A program made the position numbers and the translations under genes. The notes beneath the pieces are model-generated. The model was given only the letters and a program-made list of their open reading frames with translations, was not told where the DNA came from and did no database searches. 64,000 nucleotides of DNA from Rhizobium sp. Q54 (GTDB taxonomy: Bacteria > Pseudomonadota > Alphaproteobacteria > Azospirillales > Azospirillaceae): the NCBI GenBank assembly GCA_943369495.1, contig CALRNG020000001.1, positions 200-64,199 of the forward strand, written 5' to 3'. Within the stretch, counting starts at the first letter, position 1, and each line of letters opens with the position of its first letter. Shown here one piece after another: positions 55,513 to 64,000 of the stretch.

Positions 55513-57045
55513 ATGAATCCGCCATCCACCGGCCTTGCCGCCCGCCTGATTTCCGGAACCGGCGCCCTTGGTCTCACCATGGTGGGCTGGAGCGTGCTGC
55601 AGATTATCGCGGTCCCGGTCTTCCTGCTGCATTGGGGACCGCAGCGTTATGCCGACTGGCTGGCGCTGAACGCGGCTGCGGGCCTGCTGGCCCTGCTGGA
55701 ACTGGGGATCAATGCCCATCTGGGTGCCCGGATGATGGCAGCGGCGGGGCGTGATGACACCAGTGCCGTTGATCAGACCCTGTCGGTGGCCCTGACCCTT
55801 TATGGCGCCGCCCTGGTTCTGGGGGGGCTTCTGGTCCTGGGGGCCTGGCTTTACGGACTGGATCGCCTGCTGTCCGTGACTGCGCCCGATGCCGTGCCGG
55901 CGGGGCTGATACTGGCCCTGTCCACCTTGCTGCTGGTGCCGAGGCCGATTCTGGGCAGCGTGCTGTCGGCCTTTGGGCGGTTTTCGCTGGCCATCTATCT
56001 GGGCGGCCTGCAGCAGATCCTGGGATTGGGGGCACAGCTTTGCGCGGTGGCGACCGGTGGCGGGCTGCTGGCCGCCGCACTTGCCCATCTTGGCATGGTG
56101 ATCCTGGCCGGCTGGGCCTTGCCCGTCATCCTGATCTGGCGGGACCATCCCGCCATCACCTTCCGGCTCCGGTGGCCTGGGTTGGATGAAGTCCGGCATA
56201 TTCTGTACCGCTCCGGCCTGCATGCCGTGTCGGGAGCGACCACGCCGCTGCTGCTGCATCTGCCCGTCCTGTTCCTGCAACGTCTGGCCCCTGACGGATC
56301 GGCCCTGATCCTGTTCACCACCATGCGCACCTATGCCGGTGCGGTGCGCCAGATCGTGTCGCAGCTTGTGCTTTCCTCGGCCATGGAGATGACGCGCCAG
56401 CATCATCGGGGGGACAGCGGGGGACTGGCGCTGCTCTTCGCCTTGACGGGCCGGATTGCGGGTGGTGCTGCCGGCTTGCTGGCGGGTCTGCTGCTGGTGG
56501 CGGGTGGTCCGATCTTCCAGGTCTGGACACAGGGTGCCCTGGTCTTTGATCCGGTCCTGGCCATGGCTTTCCTGGCAGGTGCCCTGCTGGTCGTGCCGGG
56601 ATTGCTGGGCAGCACCCTGTTGCGGCTGACCGATCATGCCGACACGCTGCTGCGCGCTTCGTTTGTGCAGGCAGGCTTGTGCCTGATCCTGTGTCTGGTC
56701 CTGATCCCGGGGCTGGGGGCCCTGGGGGCTGGACTGGCCGTTATGGTGGCGGAACTGCTGAGCGTGGGCTGGCTGGTCCTGATGCGGGCCTGCCGGCTGT
56801 TCGGGTTGCGGGCAGGGCTGCTGGTCCCCGCCTTCGCGGCGGGGTTGGGCGGTCTCATCCTGGGCGGGGTGATCGCGGCGGGCAGTTTCCTGCTCTACAG
56901 GCCCGACAGCCTGCCGGCACTGGCTTTGGCGGGGTCGGCCTGGGCCTTGCTGACACTTGTTCCCGCCGTGCCGATCCTGTTGCCCCCCGTCCGGCGGCGC
57001 CTGCTGCTGGAGATGGTTCGCCGCTCAGTACGTCGGCGCCCCTGA
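55513..57045 (+). CDS. Polysaccharide flippase (Wzx/MATE-like)
   Basis: About 12-14 hydrophobic segments; 'PVFLLHWG..RYADWL', 'LGALGAGLA'; lies among GTs. Confidence 0.8.
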   Translation: MNPPSTGLAARLISGTGALGLTMVGWSVLQIIAVPVFLLHWGPQRYADWLALNAAAGLLALLELGINAHLGARMMAAAGRDDTSAVDQTLSVALTLYGAALVLGGLLVLGAWLYGLDRLLSVTAPDAVPAGLILALSTLLLVPRPILGSVLSAFGRFSLAIYLGGLQQILGLGAQLCAVATGGGLLAAALAHLGMVILAGWALPVILIWRDHPAITFRLRWPGLDEVRHILYRSGLHAVSGATTPLLLHLPVLFLQRLAPDGSALILFTTMRTYAGAVRQIVSQLVLSSAMEMTRQHHRGDSGGLALLFALTGRIAGGAAGLLAGLLLVAGGPIFQVWTQGALVFDPVLAMAFLAGALLVVPGLLGSTLLRLTDHADTLLRASFVQAGLCLILCLVLIPGLGALGAGLAVMVAELLSVGWLVLMRACRLFGLRAGLLVPAFAAGLGGLILGGVIAAGSFLLYRPDSLPALALAGSAWALLTLVPAVPILLPPVRRRLLLEMVRRSVRRRP

Positions 57046-57738
57046 GGCGTCCCGCTTGCGCAGGACCGCCTGGATCTGGGCCAGGGCCGGGCCGTCTGTC
57101 TGTGCGACGGGACGGCCCAGCCCCTGTTCCAGGCGGGTCAGGATGCGATCAAGCCAACGGATCATGCCGGAAGTGCCGAACAGCCGGAACAGCACAGCCG
57201 AGCGCCAGGAACCGGCCCTGTAGAGCCAGCGCCCCCAGGGGCCGATGGGCCGCCGCAGGCGATGATCATAGCCGTGATCCTGGATCGTGATCTCCTCGAT
57301 CTCCGCTTCCGGCAGGGCGGACAGCAGCGCCCGCAACTCATGGGAGACGGGCGACCAGCTGTGCGCGCTGTCAAGCCGGAAGGTGGCCTTGTGATCGGTG
57401 TTGAACAGGGAAGGCCAGACCCCCTGTTCGTACAGATCCTCATGCGGGACGACCAGCACCAGGAACCCGCCCGGCCGCACCAATGCCCACCATTGGGCCA
57501 GTGAACCAGGGACATCGGCCATATGTTCCAGGCAATGCGAACTGTGGACGCAGTCGAACTGCCCCGGCACCAGATAGTCCAGGATATGTTCCGCATCGCC
57601 ATGCTGCCGGTCGAAAGGCTGGGCATGCTGCACCACGGGGTCGTTCCCGCATCCAATATCCAGGACGCTGCCCGCAAAACATCTCTGTATGAAGGCGGGG
57701 CTGCGGATGGCGTTGGTTTTGCGTGCTTCGGTGACCAA
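57025..57738 (-). CDS. Class I SAM methyltransferase
   Basis: 'VLDIGCG', 'FDCVHSSHCLEH', 'VRPGGFL'. Confidence 0.85.
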   Translation of the reverse strand: MVTEARKTNAIRSPAFIQRCFAGSVLDIGCGNDPVVQHAQPFDRQHGDAEHILDYLVPGQFDCVHSSHCLEHMADVPGSLAQWWALVRPGGFLVLVVPHEDLYEQGVWPSLFNTDHKATFRLDSAHSWSPVSHELRALLSALPEAEIEEITIQDHGYDHRLRRPIGPWGRWLYRAGSWRSAVLFRLFGTSGMIRWLDRILTRLEQGLGRPVAQTDGPALAQIQAVLRKRDASGAPTY

Positions 57739-58007
57739 TTGCTGTTTGCCTGATATGGGGAGACGGGATGCGCATCTTCGGCGGGAGGGGCGTCACAATC
57801 CATTCCGTCCGGAGGCGGCATTGTAGCGACAGCCGCCCTTTCATCCACGCATTTCCAATCCTGGCATTAATCATTTCGATATAGAATTAATCCTTTCTGA
57901 TCCTTGTATCTCCTTGGCGCGCGCCGTCCAGGCGGGCAGGAACGTTCGATTGACGCTTAACCATAATCCAGATCATATCTGCGCGGGCCGATTGGAGAGG
58001 ATGGTCG

Positions 58008-58928
58008 ATGAATGTGTTCTTCCGCTTCTTGCGCTGCTTTGGCCATCAGCACTGGATCCCCTCGGGCCGTGACCGTGTAATCCGCCTGCTGGTGTCACCG
58101 GATACAATCAGGCCAACCCCTTTCCGTATTCCCTTCTTCGGGCATGTCTATGAAGGGGATCTGTCCAATTTCATTGACTGGAGCGTTTATTTTTATGGCG
58201 CTTTCAGCCGGTATGAACTGGACCTCCTGGCGGATCTCTGTGCGCTGACCCCCCCGGGGCGTCGGCCCCACATGCTGGATATCGGAGCCAATGGGGGCCA
58301 TCATACGCTGTTCATGGCTGGCCGTTGCGAGAGGGTGGATGCGTTCGAACCCTTTCCCCCCGCCATTGCGCTTATGGAATCGCGCCTGCGGGCCAATAAT
58401 ATCGGCAATTGCCGGGTACATCCCGTCGGACTGGGGGATCGTACTGGTACCGGAACATTCATGCCGCCTGCTGGTTCCAACCCAGGCGTCGGTTATTTCG
58501 ATATGCAATCGATCAGGACCGATGAGGGGCATCCATCAATGGACCGCCTGTCCCTGGTCAGGGGAGATGATTATCTGGACGCCCATGATATCCCCGCGAC
58601 CGATATCGTGAAGATGGATGTGGAAGGGGCGGAGGGGGCGGTTCTGGCCGGGCTTGTCGACCGTCTGCGCCGCGACCGGCCCGCCATCCTTATGGAACTG
58701 TCGGACCGGTCGCGGGTCGCCTTTGGTGATGCGGAGGGGTTCCGGGCGGCCCTCTACCCCGATGCCGTCATCCTGGCCGTCACACCGGTGAGCGTGTCGG
58801 GCACTTACCGCTTGTCTGCGTTCGACTTCCAGCGGGCTGCGGAGATCCTGGTTCTGCCTGCTGAGTATCTGCGTGACCGCACCGACAGGCTGCCCCGCCG
58901 GTTGGCAGCCGCCCTTGCCTCATCATGA
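58008..58928 (+). CDS. FkbM family methyltransferase
   Basis: 'LDIGANGG', 'AFEP', 'KMDVEGAE'. Confidence 0.9.
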   Translation: MNVFFRFLRCFGHQHWIPSGRDRVIRLLVSPDTIRPTPFRIPFFGHVYEGDLSNFIDWSVYFYGAFSRYELDLLADLCALTPPGRRPHMLDIGANGGHHTLFMAGRCERVDAFEPFPPAIALMESRLRANNIGNCRVHPVGLGDRTGTGTFMPPAGSNPGVGYFDMQSIRTDEGHPSMDRLSLVRGDDYLDAHDIPATDIVKMDVEGAEGAVLAGLVDRLRRDRPAILMELSDRSRVAFGDAEGFRAALYPDAVILAVTPVSVSGTYRLSAFDFQRAAEILVLPAEYLRDRTDRLPRRLAAALASS

Positions 58929-58992
58929 TGCTTGCATCCGGGAGGTTGCGGGCCGACATTGCCGGAAATCCAGCGGGGAATGGTGCAGACGG

Positions 58993-60471
58993 ATGGCTCC
59001 GGCACGGGAAGGGCAAGGTAATCGGGTATTCCTCAGCCTGTGGGGTGTGATCTCCCTCCTGACGTTCCTGTGGCAACTGGTTCTGGGGACGTCACCCCTC
59101 TACGCCTTCACTGCCCTGGCCATCTTCTTATTGTCCCCTCTGGTCATCCAGATGAATGGCGGCATTTCCAGCATGGGGTCGCTGCTGTTCATCGCCTCAT
59201 ACGCCAAGCTTTTCTTCATTTCGCAATGGCTGAAAATCCTGATGGGTCAGCCGGCCGACACCCATCTGCAGGCCCCGCAGCAGACGGTCTTCGTCCTGCT
59301 ATTGGGATTGGGCGTCTTCATGGTCGCCGGCCTTGCCGTCCAGTTCCTGTTCAGGCGGACAAAGCAATCCCTGCTCATTTCCCAGGATCCCGCCTTTCTG
59401 GCCCGGCTGTCCATCGCGGTGGTGGGGTTGACCCTTGTATCCATCGTCGGGCGTCATCTGGCGGGTCTCAGCCGCGCCAGTGACGGTGAGTATGAGGAGG
59501 GGCAGGGGCTGGTGCTGCTGATGTACATGGCCAATCTGATGCCCCTGGCGGTAGCTGCGCTGACGGCGCGCTGCGCCATCCTTTCCGATGGCCGCCGCTT
59601 TGTCGACCGATGGGTCGTACTGCTGTTGCTGCTGACGGTCGCCCAGGGTTTCTGGGAAAATGTCCGCATGATCATGCTTGCCGGTGCTGTGGCTTTCGCG
59701 GCCACCTATCTTGCCTATGGCGGGATTATCCGGTTCCGCCATGCGGTGATGATCGGCGTCGTGGGCGCCCTGCTGCAGGTCCTGGTCTTCCCTCTGATCG
59801 ATATTCAGCGTGGTATCGAGCGCGGACTGGGGGCCGGGGGATTCTTTAGTGAAACGTTCGATATCGCGTCCGAGCTTTTGGATCCCGAAGCCCGCGCCCA
59901 AAGGGCAGAGGGGCTGGAGAATGTTTATTACAGCTGGGATACGCGATTATATTACGGCACGCCCCTGGGCTTCCTGGACCGTTTCGCCCCCAGTCCGCTG
60001 GATGAGACCATTGCGTATGTCGAGGATATGGGCACCTTTGGCGGCGAGGGGTTCCTGGGCCAGTTCCTCTATGCCATTCCCAATGTCATTCTGGCGCTTT
60101 TCGGCATTGAGCGCCCGATCCGTGGGGGCGAGGTGCTGGAGGTCCACATTCTTGGCACCTTCACCAACATGAATTACGGCGTATTCGCCGAAACCTATGC
60201 CTATTTCGGTCCCCTCTGGTTCCTGCCCGTCAATATCGTGGTGCTGTTCCTTTATCTGGTGGGATTGCGCCTGCTCTATGGGCCGGGGCAGCGAAGCTAT
60301 TTCGTGCCGTTCGGCTTCTCCACCCTGTATTTTTCCTACTGCAATGCCGATCTCGCGGATATCTGGCCGCAGGTCACTATCCAGGCATTGATGAATTTCC
60401 TCATCCTCATGACCGTCTCCGTTCTGACCAACCAGTTCGGGCCGCGCCGTCTCAGGCTCCAGACAGCCTGA
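58993..60471 (+). CDS. Polytopic membrane protein, putative polysaccharide polymerase (Wzy-like)
   Basis: About 11 hydrophobic segments with a large late periplasmic loop; 'FAETYAYFG'; context; start uncertain. Confidence 0.6.
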   Translation: MAPAREGQGNRVFLSLWGVISLLTFLWQLVLGTSPLYAFTALAIFLLSPLVIQMNGGISSMGSLLFIASYAKLFFISQWLKILMGQPADTHLQAPQQTVFVLLLGLGVFMVAGLAVQFLFRRTKQSLLISQDPAFLARLSIAVVGLTLVSIVGRHLAGLSRASDGEYEEGQGLVLLMYMANLMPLAVAALTARCAILSDGRRFVDRWVVLLLLLTVAQGFWENVRMIMLAGAVAFAATYLAYGGIIRFRHAVMIGVVGALLQVLVFPLIDIQRGIERGLGAGGFFSETFDIASELLDPEARAQRAEGLENVYYSWDTRLYYGTPLGFLDRFAPSPLDETIAYVEDMGTFGGEGFLGQFLYAIPNVILALFGIERPIRGGEVLEVHILGTFTNMNYGVFAETYAYFGPLWFLPVNIVVLFLYLVGLRLLYGPGQRSYFVPFGFSTLYFSYCNADLADIWPQVTIQALMNFLILMTVSVLTNQFGPRRLRLQTA

Positions 60472-60590
60472 TGATCGAGATGAGGGAGCGCCATCGTCCT
60501 GGGGGCCATGATCCCGTCTCCCTCCTGCGGGACCCGCCCGGGTCACCCGGCGATATCAACAACAACTTCTTCTTTCATAAGCAGGATATA

Positions 60591-60780
60591 AGTGTAACCA
60601 GTCACGGCAAATCGTGACCGGTTACACTTATGCCAGCGGCATGAAATCTTGACCTTTGGTCACTCTTTCCTGCCCCTCAATCGGCGGCGTCAGCATCCGC
60701 TGGCTTGGCCACGCCGCATGTGCGGCGCGGCGGCGGTCGCCGCCGTACCAACGGTCATAAATTATGACCGTTGGTATTAT
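60591..60780. repeat. 155-bp hairpin-ended repeat (60626-60780) plus adjoining hairpin
   Basis: Near-identical to 52853-53007, ending TACCAACGGTCATAAATTATGACCGTTGGTA; preceded by AGTGTAACCAGTCACG...CGTGACCGGTTACACT. Confidence 0.85.
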
Positions 60781-61949
60781 ATTCGCAGTGCCTGACGCAG
60801 GCCCCGGATGTCGGCCTCGAAGTCCCATCCGGAAATGATCTCCAGACTGCGCCGTCCCATGGCCAAGGCCCGGTCCTGGTCGCGGCAGGTCTGTTCCAGG
60901 GCGTCGGTCAGGGCGGCGATATCGCCGACGGGAAAGATGAAGCCATTTTCCCCGGGACGCACAAGGTCGGGGCCACTGCCGACCTGGTCGCTGACAATGA
61001 TGGCCTTGGCCCGGTTCATGGCTTCGTTCACCACCAGCCCCCACGGTTCACCGGAGGAGGGCAGAACGAAGACGTCGCACATGTCATAATAGGCGACCAG
61101 TTCACGCTGACCCCTGAACCCCTCCAGATGGATATCCGTGGCCCCCGCCGCCATGGCCCGGATCCGGGGCAGCAATTCGCCATCCCCGACCACGACCAGA
61201 TGCGCCGCCTGGGCCAGCGACCGCTGACGCAGGCGGGCAAAGGCCTCCAGCAGATGATCGGGATGCTTGCGCTGCTGCAGCTTGGACGCATAGAGGATCA
61301 CAGGCGCTGTCGCCGGGATGCCCAGCCGCCGGCGCAGCGCCGGGCCCGTCTCATCCCCCGCGCGGCGGAAGAAGTCGTTATCCACGGCATAAGGCATGGG
61401 ATGGATACGCTCTGGCGCGACCCCGTTCTGCCGGTAATAGTTCCCGTTCAGGCTGCCGATGGCCATCACCCCGTCCGCCAGACCCCCCACGCCTGTGAAG
61501 AACAGCCGCTTCAAGGCGCGCTTCAGCGGCCCGCGCCGCTTGCTGATGGGCGTTGCTTCGTCCCGGATCAGGACTTTGACCCCGCCGATCCGTGCCGCCA
61601 GCATGGCAAGCATGTGGGCCGGACGGCTGTAGCCATGGATCAGCACCCAGTCGAAGCGCCGCCGCGTCAGATGTCCGAACAGGCCGCGCGGAAACGGGTG
61701 CCACAGATCGACCCGGTCCGCCGGTCCCAGGCAAGGCAGGAATTCGCTTTGGTATCCGTCCAGCAGGGGCACATCCCAGGTGATGGTCCGCCCGAAACCG
61801 GGATCATGGAATGCCCGCGCCGACAGGTCGGTCTGATACAGCACGGTCAGGTCGATATCCGGCTCCCGCGCGATGCGCCGGAACAGGGGGGCCGCGTACT
61901 GGACCGGATGGGTCATCAGGAATGCCAGTCGGACAGGCTGCCGGGTCAT
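60777..61949 (-). CDS. GT4 glycosyltransferase
   Basis: 'THPVQY', 'YAVDN', 'EPWGLVVNEAM'. Confidence 0.92.
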   Translation of the reverse strand: MTRQPVRLAFLMTHPVQYAAPLFRRIAREPDIDLTVLYQTDLSARAFHDPGFGRTITWDVPLLDGYQSEFLPCLGPADRVDLWHPFPRGLFGHLTRRRFDWVLIHGYSRPAHMLAMLAARIGGVKVLIRDEATPISKRRGPLKRALKRLFFTGVGGLADGVMAIGSLNGNYYRQNGVAPERIHPMPYAVDNDFFRRAGDETGPALRRRLGIPATAPVILYASKLQQRKHPDHLLEAFARLRQRSLAQAAHLVVVGDGELLPRIRAMAAGATDIHLEGFRGQRELVAYYDMCDVFVLPSSGEPWGLVVNEAMNRAKAIIVSDQVGSGPDLVRPGENGFIFPVGDIAALTDALEQTCRDQDRALAMGRRSLEIISGWDFEADIRGLRQALRI

Positions 61950-63086
61950 GGGTCCCCCGCCGCGAGCCAGGTATCGAGCAGGGACCCTGCCCGTTTTCTG
62001 AAGGCGTCATGGCCGAAGGTGGCGGCCAGCCCGGGGGGGACATGGGGGCGGGACCGGCCCAAAGCCCGATCCACCGCCGCCGCCAGATCCGCGATATCGT
62101 CGGGGTCAGCCAGTTCACCCAAGGCACCGTCCAGGATCGCCTCCCGGCTGCCATCGATACGCGACGCCACCACGGGCACGCCACAGCCCATCGCCTCCAG
62201 CAGGACGATGCCGAACCCTTCCTGACGGCCACACAGCACAAAGGCGTCGGCCAGCCGGTAATGGTCGGCCTTCTCCGCCTCGGGCACATAGCCCGCGAAG
62301 ACGACATGATCGCCCAACCCCAGACGCCCGACCTCCGCCATCAGCCGCGGCCGGTCGGTTCCATCGCCGCAGATCAGGTATTTCAGCCGGGGATGCCGGG
62401 CGATCAGCAGGGGCAGGGCCGCCAGCATCTCGTCGAAGCCCTTCTGCCGTTCCTCGGCCTGCAGGCGGGCGAAGCCCAGGACCGTGGTCGCACCCGCCAG
62501 CCCATAGCGCGCCTCCAGCGCCGCCGGGCGCGGACCCGGCACAAAAAGGCTGGTATCGGTGGTGTTCGGCAGCACAAAGCAGCGGTCGGCGGGGATGGAA
62601 TGCCAGGAGCGGAAGGCATCCAGGGTGAACTGGCTGACCGACAGAACGTAATCGACGCAAGCCAGGCCGGATACGGGTATTGGCTGCCAGGCATCCACCC
62701 CATGGATCATCAGCACCACCCGGGGTCGCCGCCCGCCCCGCCGCGCCAGCCGCTGGGCCACGGCCGCCACGGGCAGCAGGTTGATATGGCCGCAGAGGAT
62801 CAGGTCATGCCCCTTCAGCGCCTCCAGGGCGGCAGCGGCGGCGAAGCCCAGCTTGCCGGGTGCTGCTGCGCGCTGCACGGTCCGCTGGGGCAGGCCCGTC
62901 ACGGGATGCGGTACCCGGCGCGGTAGAATGGTCAATGCCCCCAGGGCCGGCGAGGCGGCAAGCGCATTGGCCAGATCGCAGTTGAAGCGCGAGATGCCGC
63001 CATGGCCGCCGAAGGCGTCACTGACCAGGAAAAGAAGGCGCGCCGGATGGCCGGTCAGGTTGTCGGCAGGCATGCTTTTCTTCATC
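61946..63086 (-). CDS. GT4 glycosyltransferase
   Basis: 'GGISRF', 'RQKGFD', 'EGFGIVLLEAMGCG'; start uncertain. Confidence 0.9.
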
Positions 63087-63244
63087 AACCTCTTGTCAGG
63101 GCGCCCACCATAGTGGATGCAAACCCGGTACGGCAACCGCCGGACAGCCTTGGACGTTGCCGCTCCCGCCCGCCCGCGTCGGCATGCTATGACGGGCGCC
63201 GGTCGGCCACAGGCGCGGCACAGCGATCAGATCTACGGACAGAA

Positions 63245-64000
63245 ATGCCCCCGACAGCCATCAGCCCCCGCGCCCGCGTGGCGATCATCGCGACCCATAT
63301 CGCGCCCGCCCGTGGCCATGGCGGGATCGCTGAATGCACGGCGCGCGTCGCCCGTGCCTGGGGCGATGCTGGTATCGACGTCATCCTGTGCGCCAGCGAC
63401 GCCTCGGAAGGCGGCCCGCTGCGGGTCGAACAGCTGGATATGCCGGCCTGCGTCAGGTCTGTGCTCTACCGGTCTTCCTTCCTGTCCCGCTGGGGGTTCG
63501 GCCTGGGGGCGGTGCCGGCCCTGTGGTCGGCCTGCCGACAGGCCGACCGGGCCTATATCAGTGGTGTGGGAACCTGGCCCACCAGCTTGGCCGGGCTGTT
63601 CTGCCGATGGCTGGGGCGGCCCTTCACCATTGGGGTGCATGGCGGACTGATGGCCGGGCATGTGGCCCATATCCGGACCCACAAACCATTGAAATGGCTT
63701 TTTTATCAACTGATCACCCTGCCGACCCTGCGCCGCGCCCGCGCTATCCATGCCACCAGCCGGATCGAGGCGGACGGGGTTGCAGCCCTGGTGCCCGCCG
63801 CCGCTGTCGCCATCATTCCCAATGCCGTCGATATCCATAGCTGGCGGCCGTCCCCGCCCAGGGTGCCCGACGGCGGCCTGGTCATCGGGTATGTCGGCCG
63901 CGTGTCGCCGGAAAAAGGCATCCTGCCCTTTCTGGAAATCTGGCTGGCCACCCGTCGCCCCTGCGACCGGTTGATCATCGCCGGCACCGGCGAGGGCGAT
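63245..64000 (+). CDS. GT4 glycosyltransferase (truncated by window end)
   Basis: Read directly from sequence (absent from the ORF track because it has no stop): MPPTAISPRARVAIIATH...GHGGIAE...IIPNAVD...GYVGRVSPEKG. Confidence 0.85.
   Translation, partial: MPPTAISPRARVAIIATHIAPARGHGGIAECTARVARAWGDAGIDVILCASDASEGGPLRVEQLDMPACVRSVLYRSSFLSRWGFGLGAVPALWSACRQADRAYISGVGTWPTSLAGLFCRWLGRPFTIGVHGGLMAGHVAHIRTHKPLKWLFYQLITLPTLRRARAIHATSRIEADGVAALVPAAAVAIIPNAVDIHSWRPSPPRVPDGGLVIGYVGRVSPEKGILPFLEIWLATRRPCDRLIIAGTGEGD

Noticed and set aside
57957-57964. TTAACCAT, possible CtrA half-site
   Set aside because: A single short match in an AT-rich region; not distinguishable from chance.

Overview
GC-rich alphaproteobacterial plasmid segment; a Rhodospirillales-like host is inferred from gene content and repeat style. 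Plasmid backbone modules are scattered through the cargo: a ParA plus small DNA-binding partner with a repeated 24-bp parS-like motif, an AbiE-type type IV toxin-antitoxin pair, an iteron-flanked RepA_C-type rep gene, ccdAB and a serine resolvase. The cargo has four blocks. (i) Two nucleotide-sugar epimerases and a ~2620-aa RTX/T1SS-type modular adhesin. (ii) A block of TPR-fused glycosyl- and methyltransferases plus a sulfotransferase. (iii) A lasso-peptide biosynthetic system (short precursor with predicted core GTSDQTNDSGLNTHS, cyclase, split B1/B2, HPr-kinase-like kinase, ABC exporter, distant nucleotidyltransferase) interdigitated with three phage-tail-collar proteins, a GNAT, a TPR-glycosyltransferase, two sulfotransferase-like proteins and two 2OG-Fe(II) oxygenases. 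This block is the best candidate for an undescribed system. (iv) A Wzx/Wzy-type polysaccharide locus that runs off the right end. A family of ~110-155 bp hairpin-ended intergenic repeats, one nested inside another, occurs at six sites. No rRNA, tRNA or CRISPR array was seen. All functional calls come from motif recognition by eye, not database searches.
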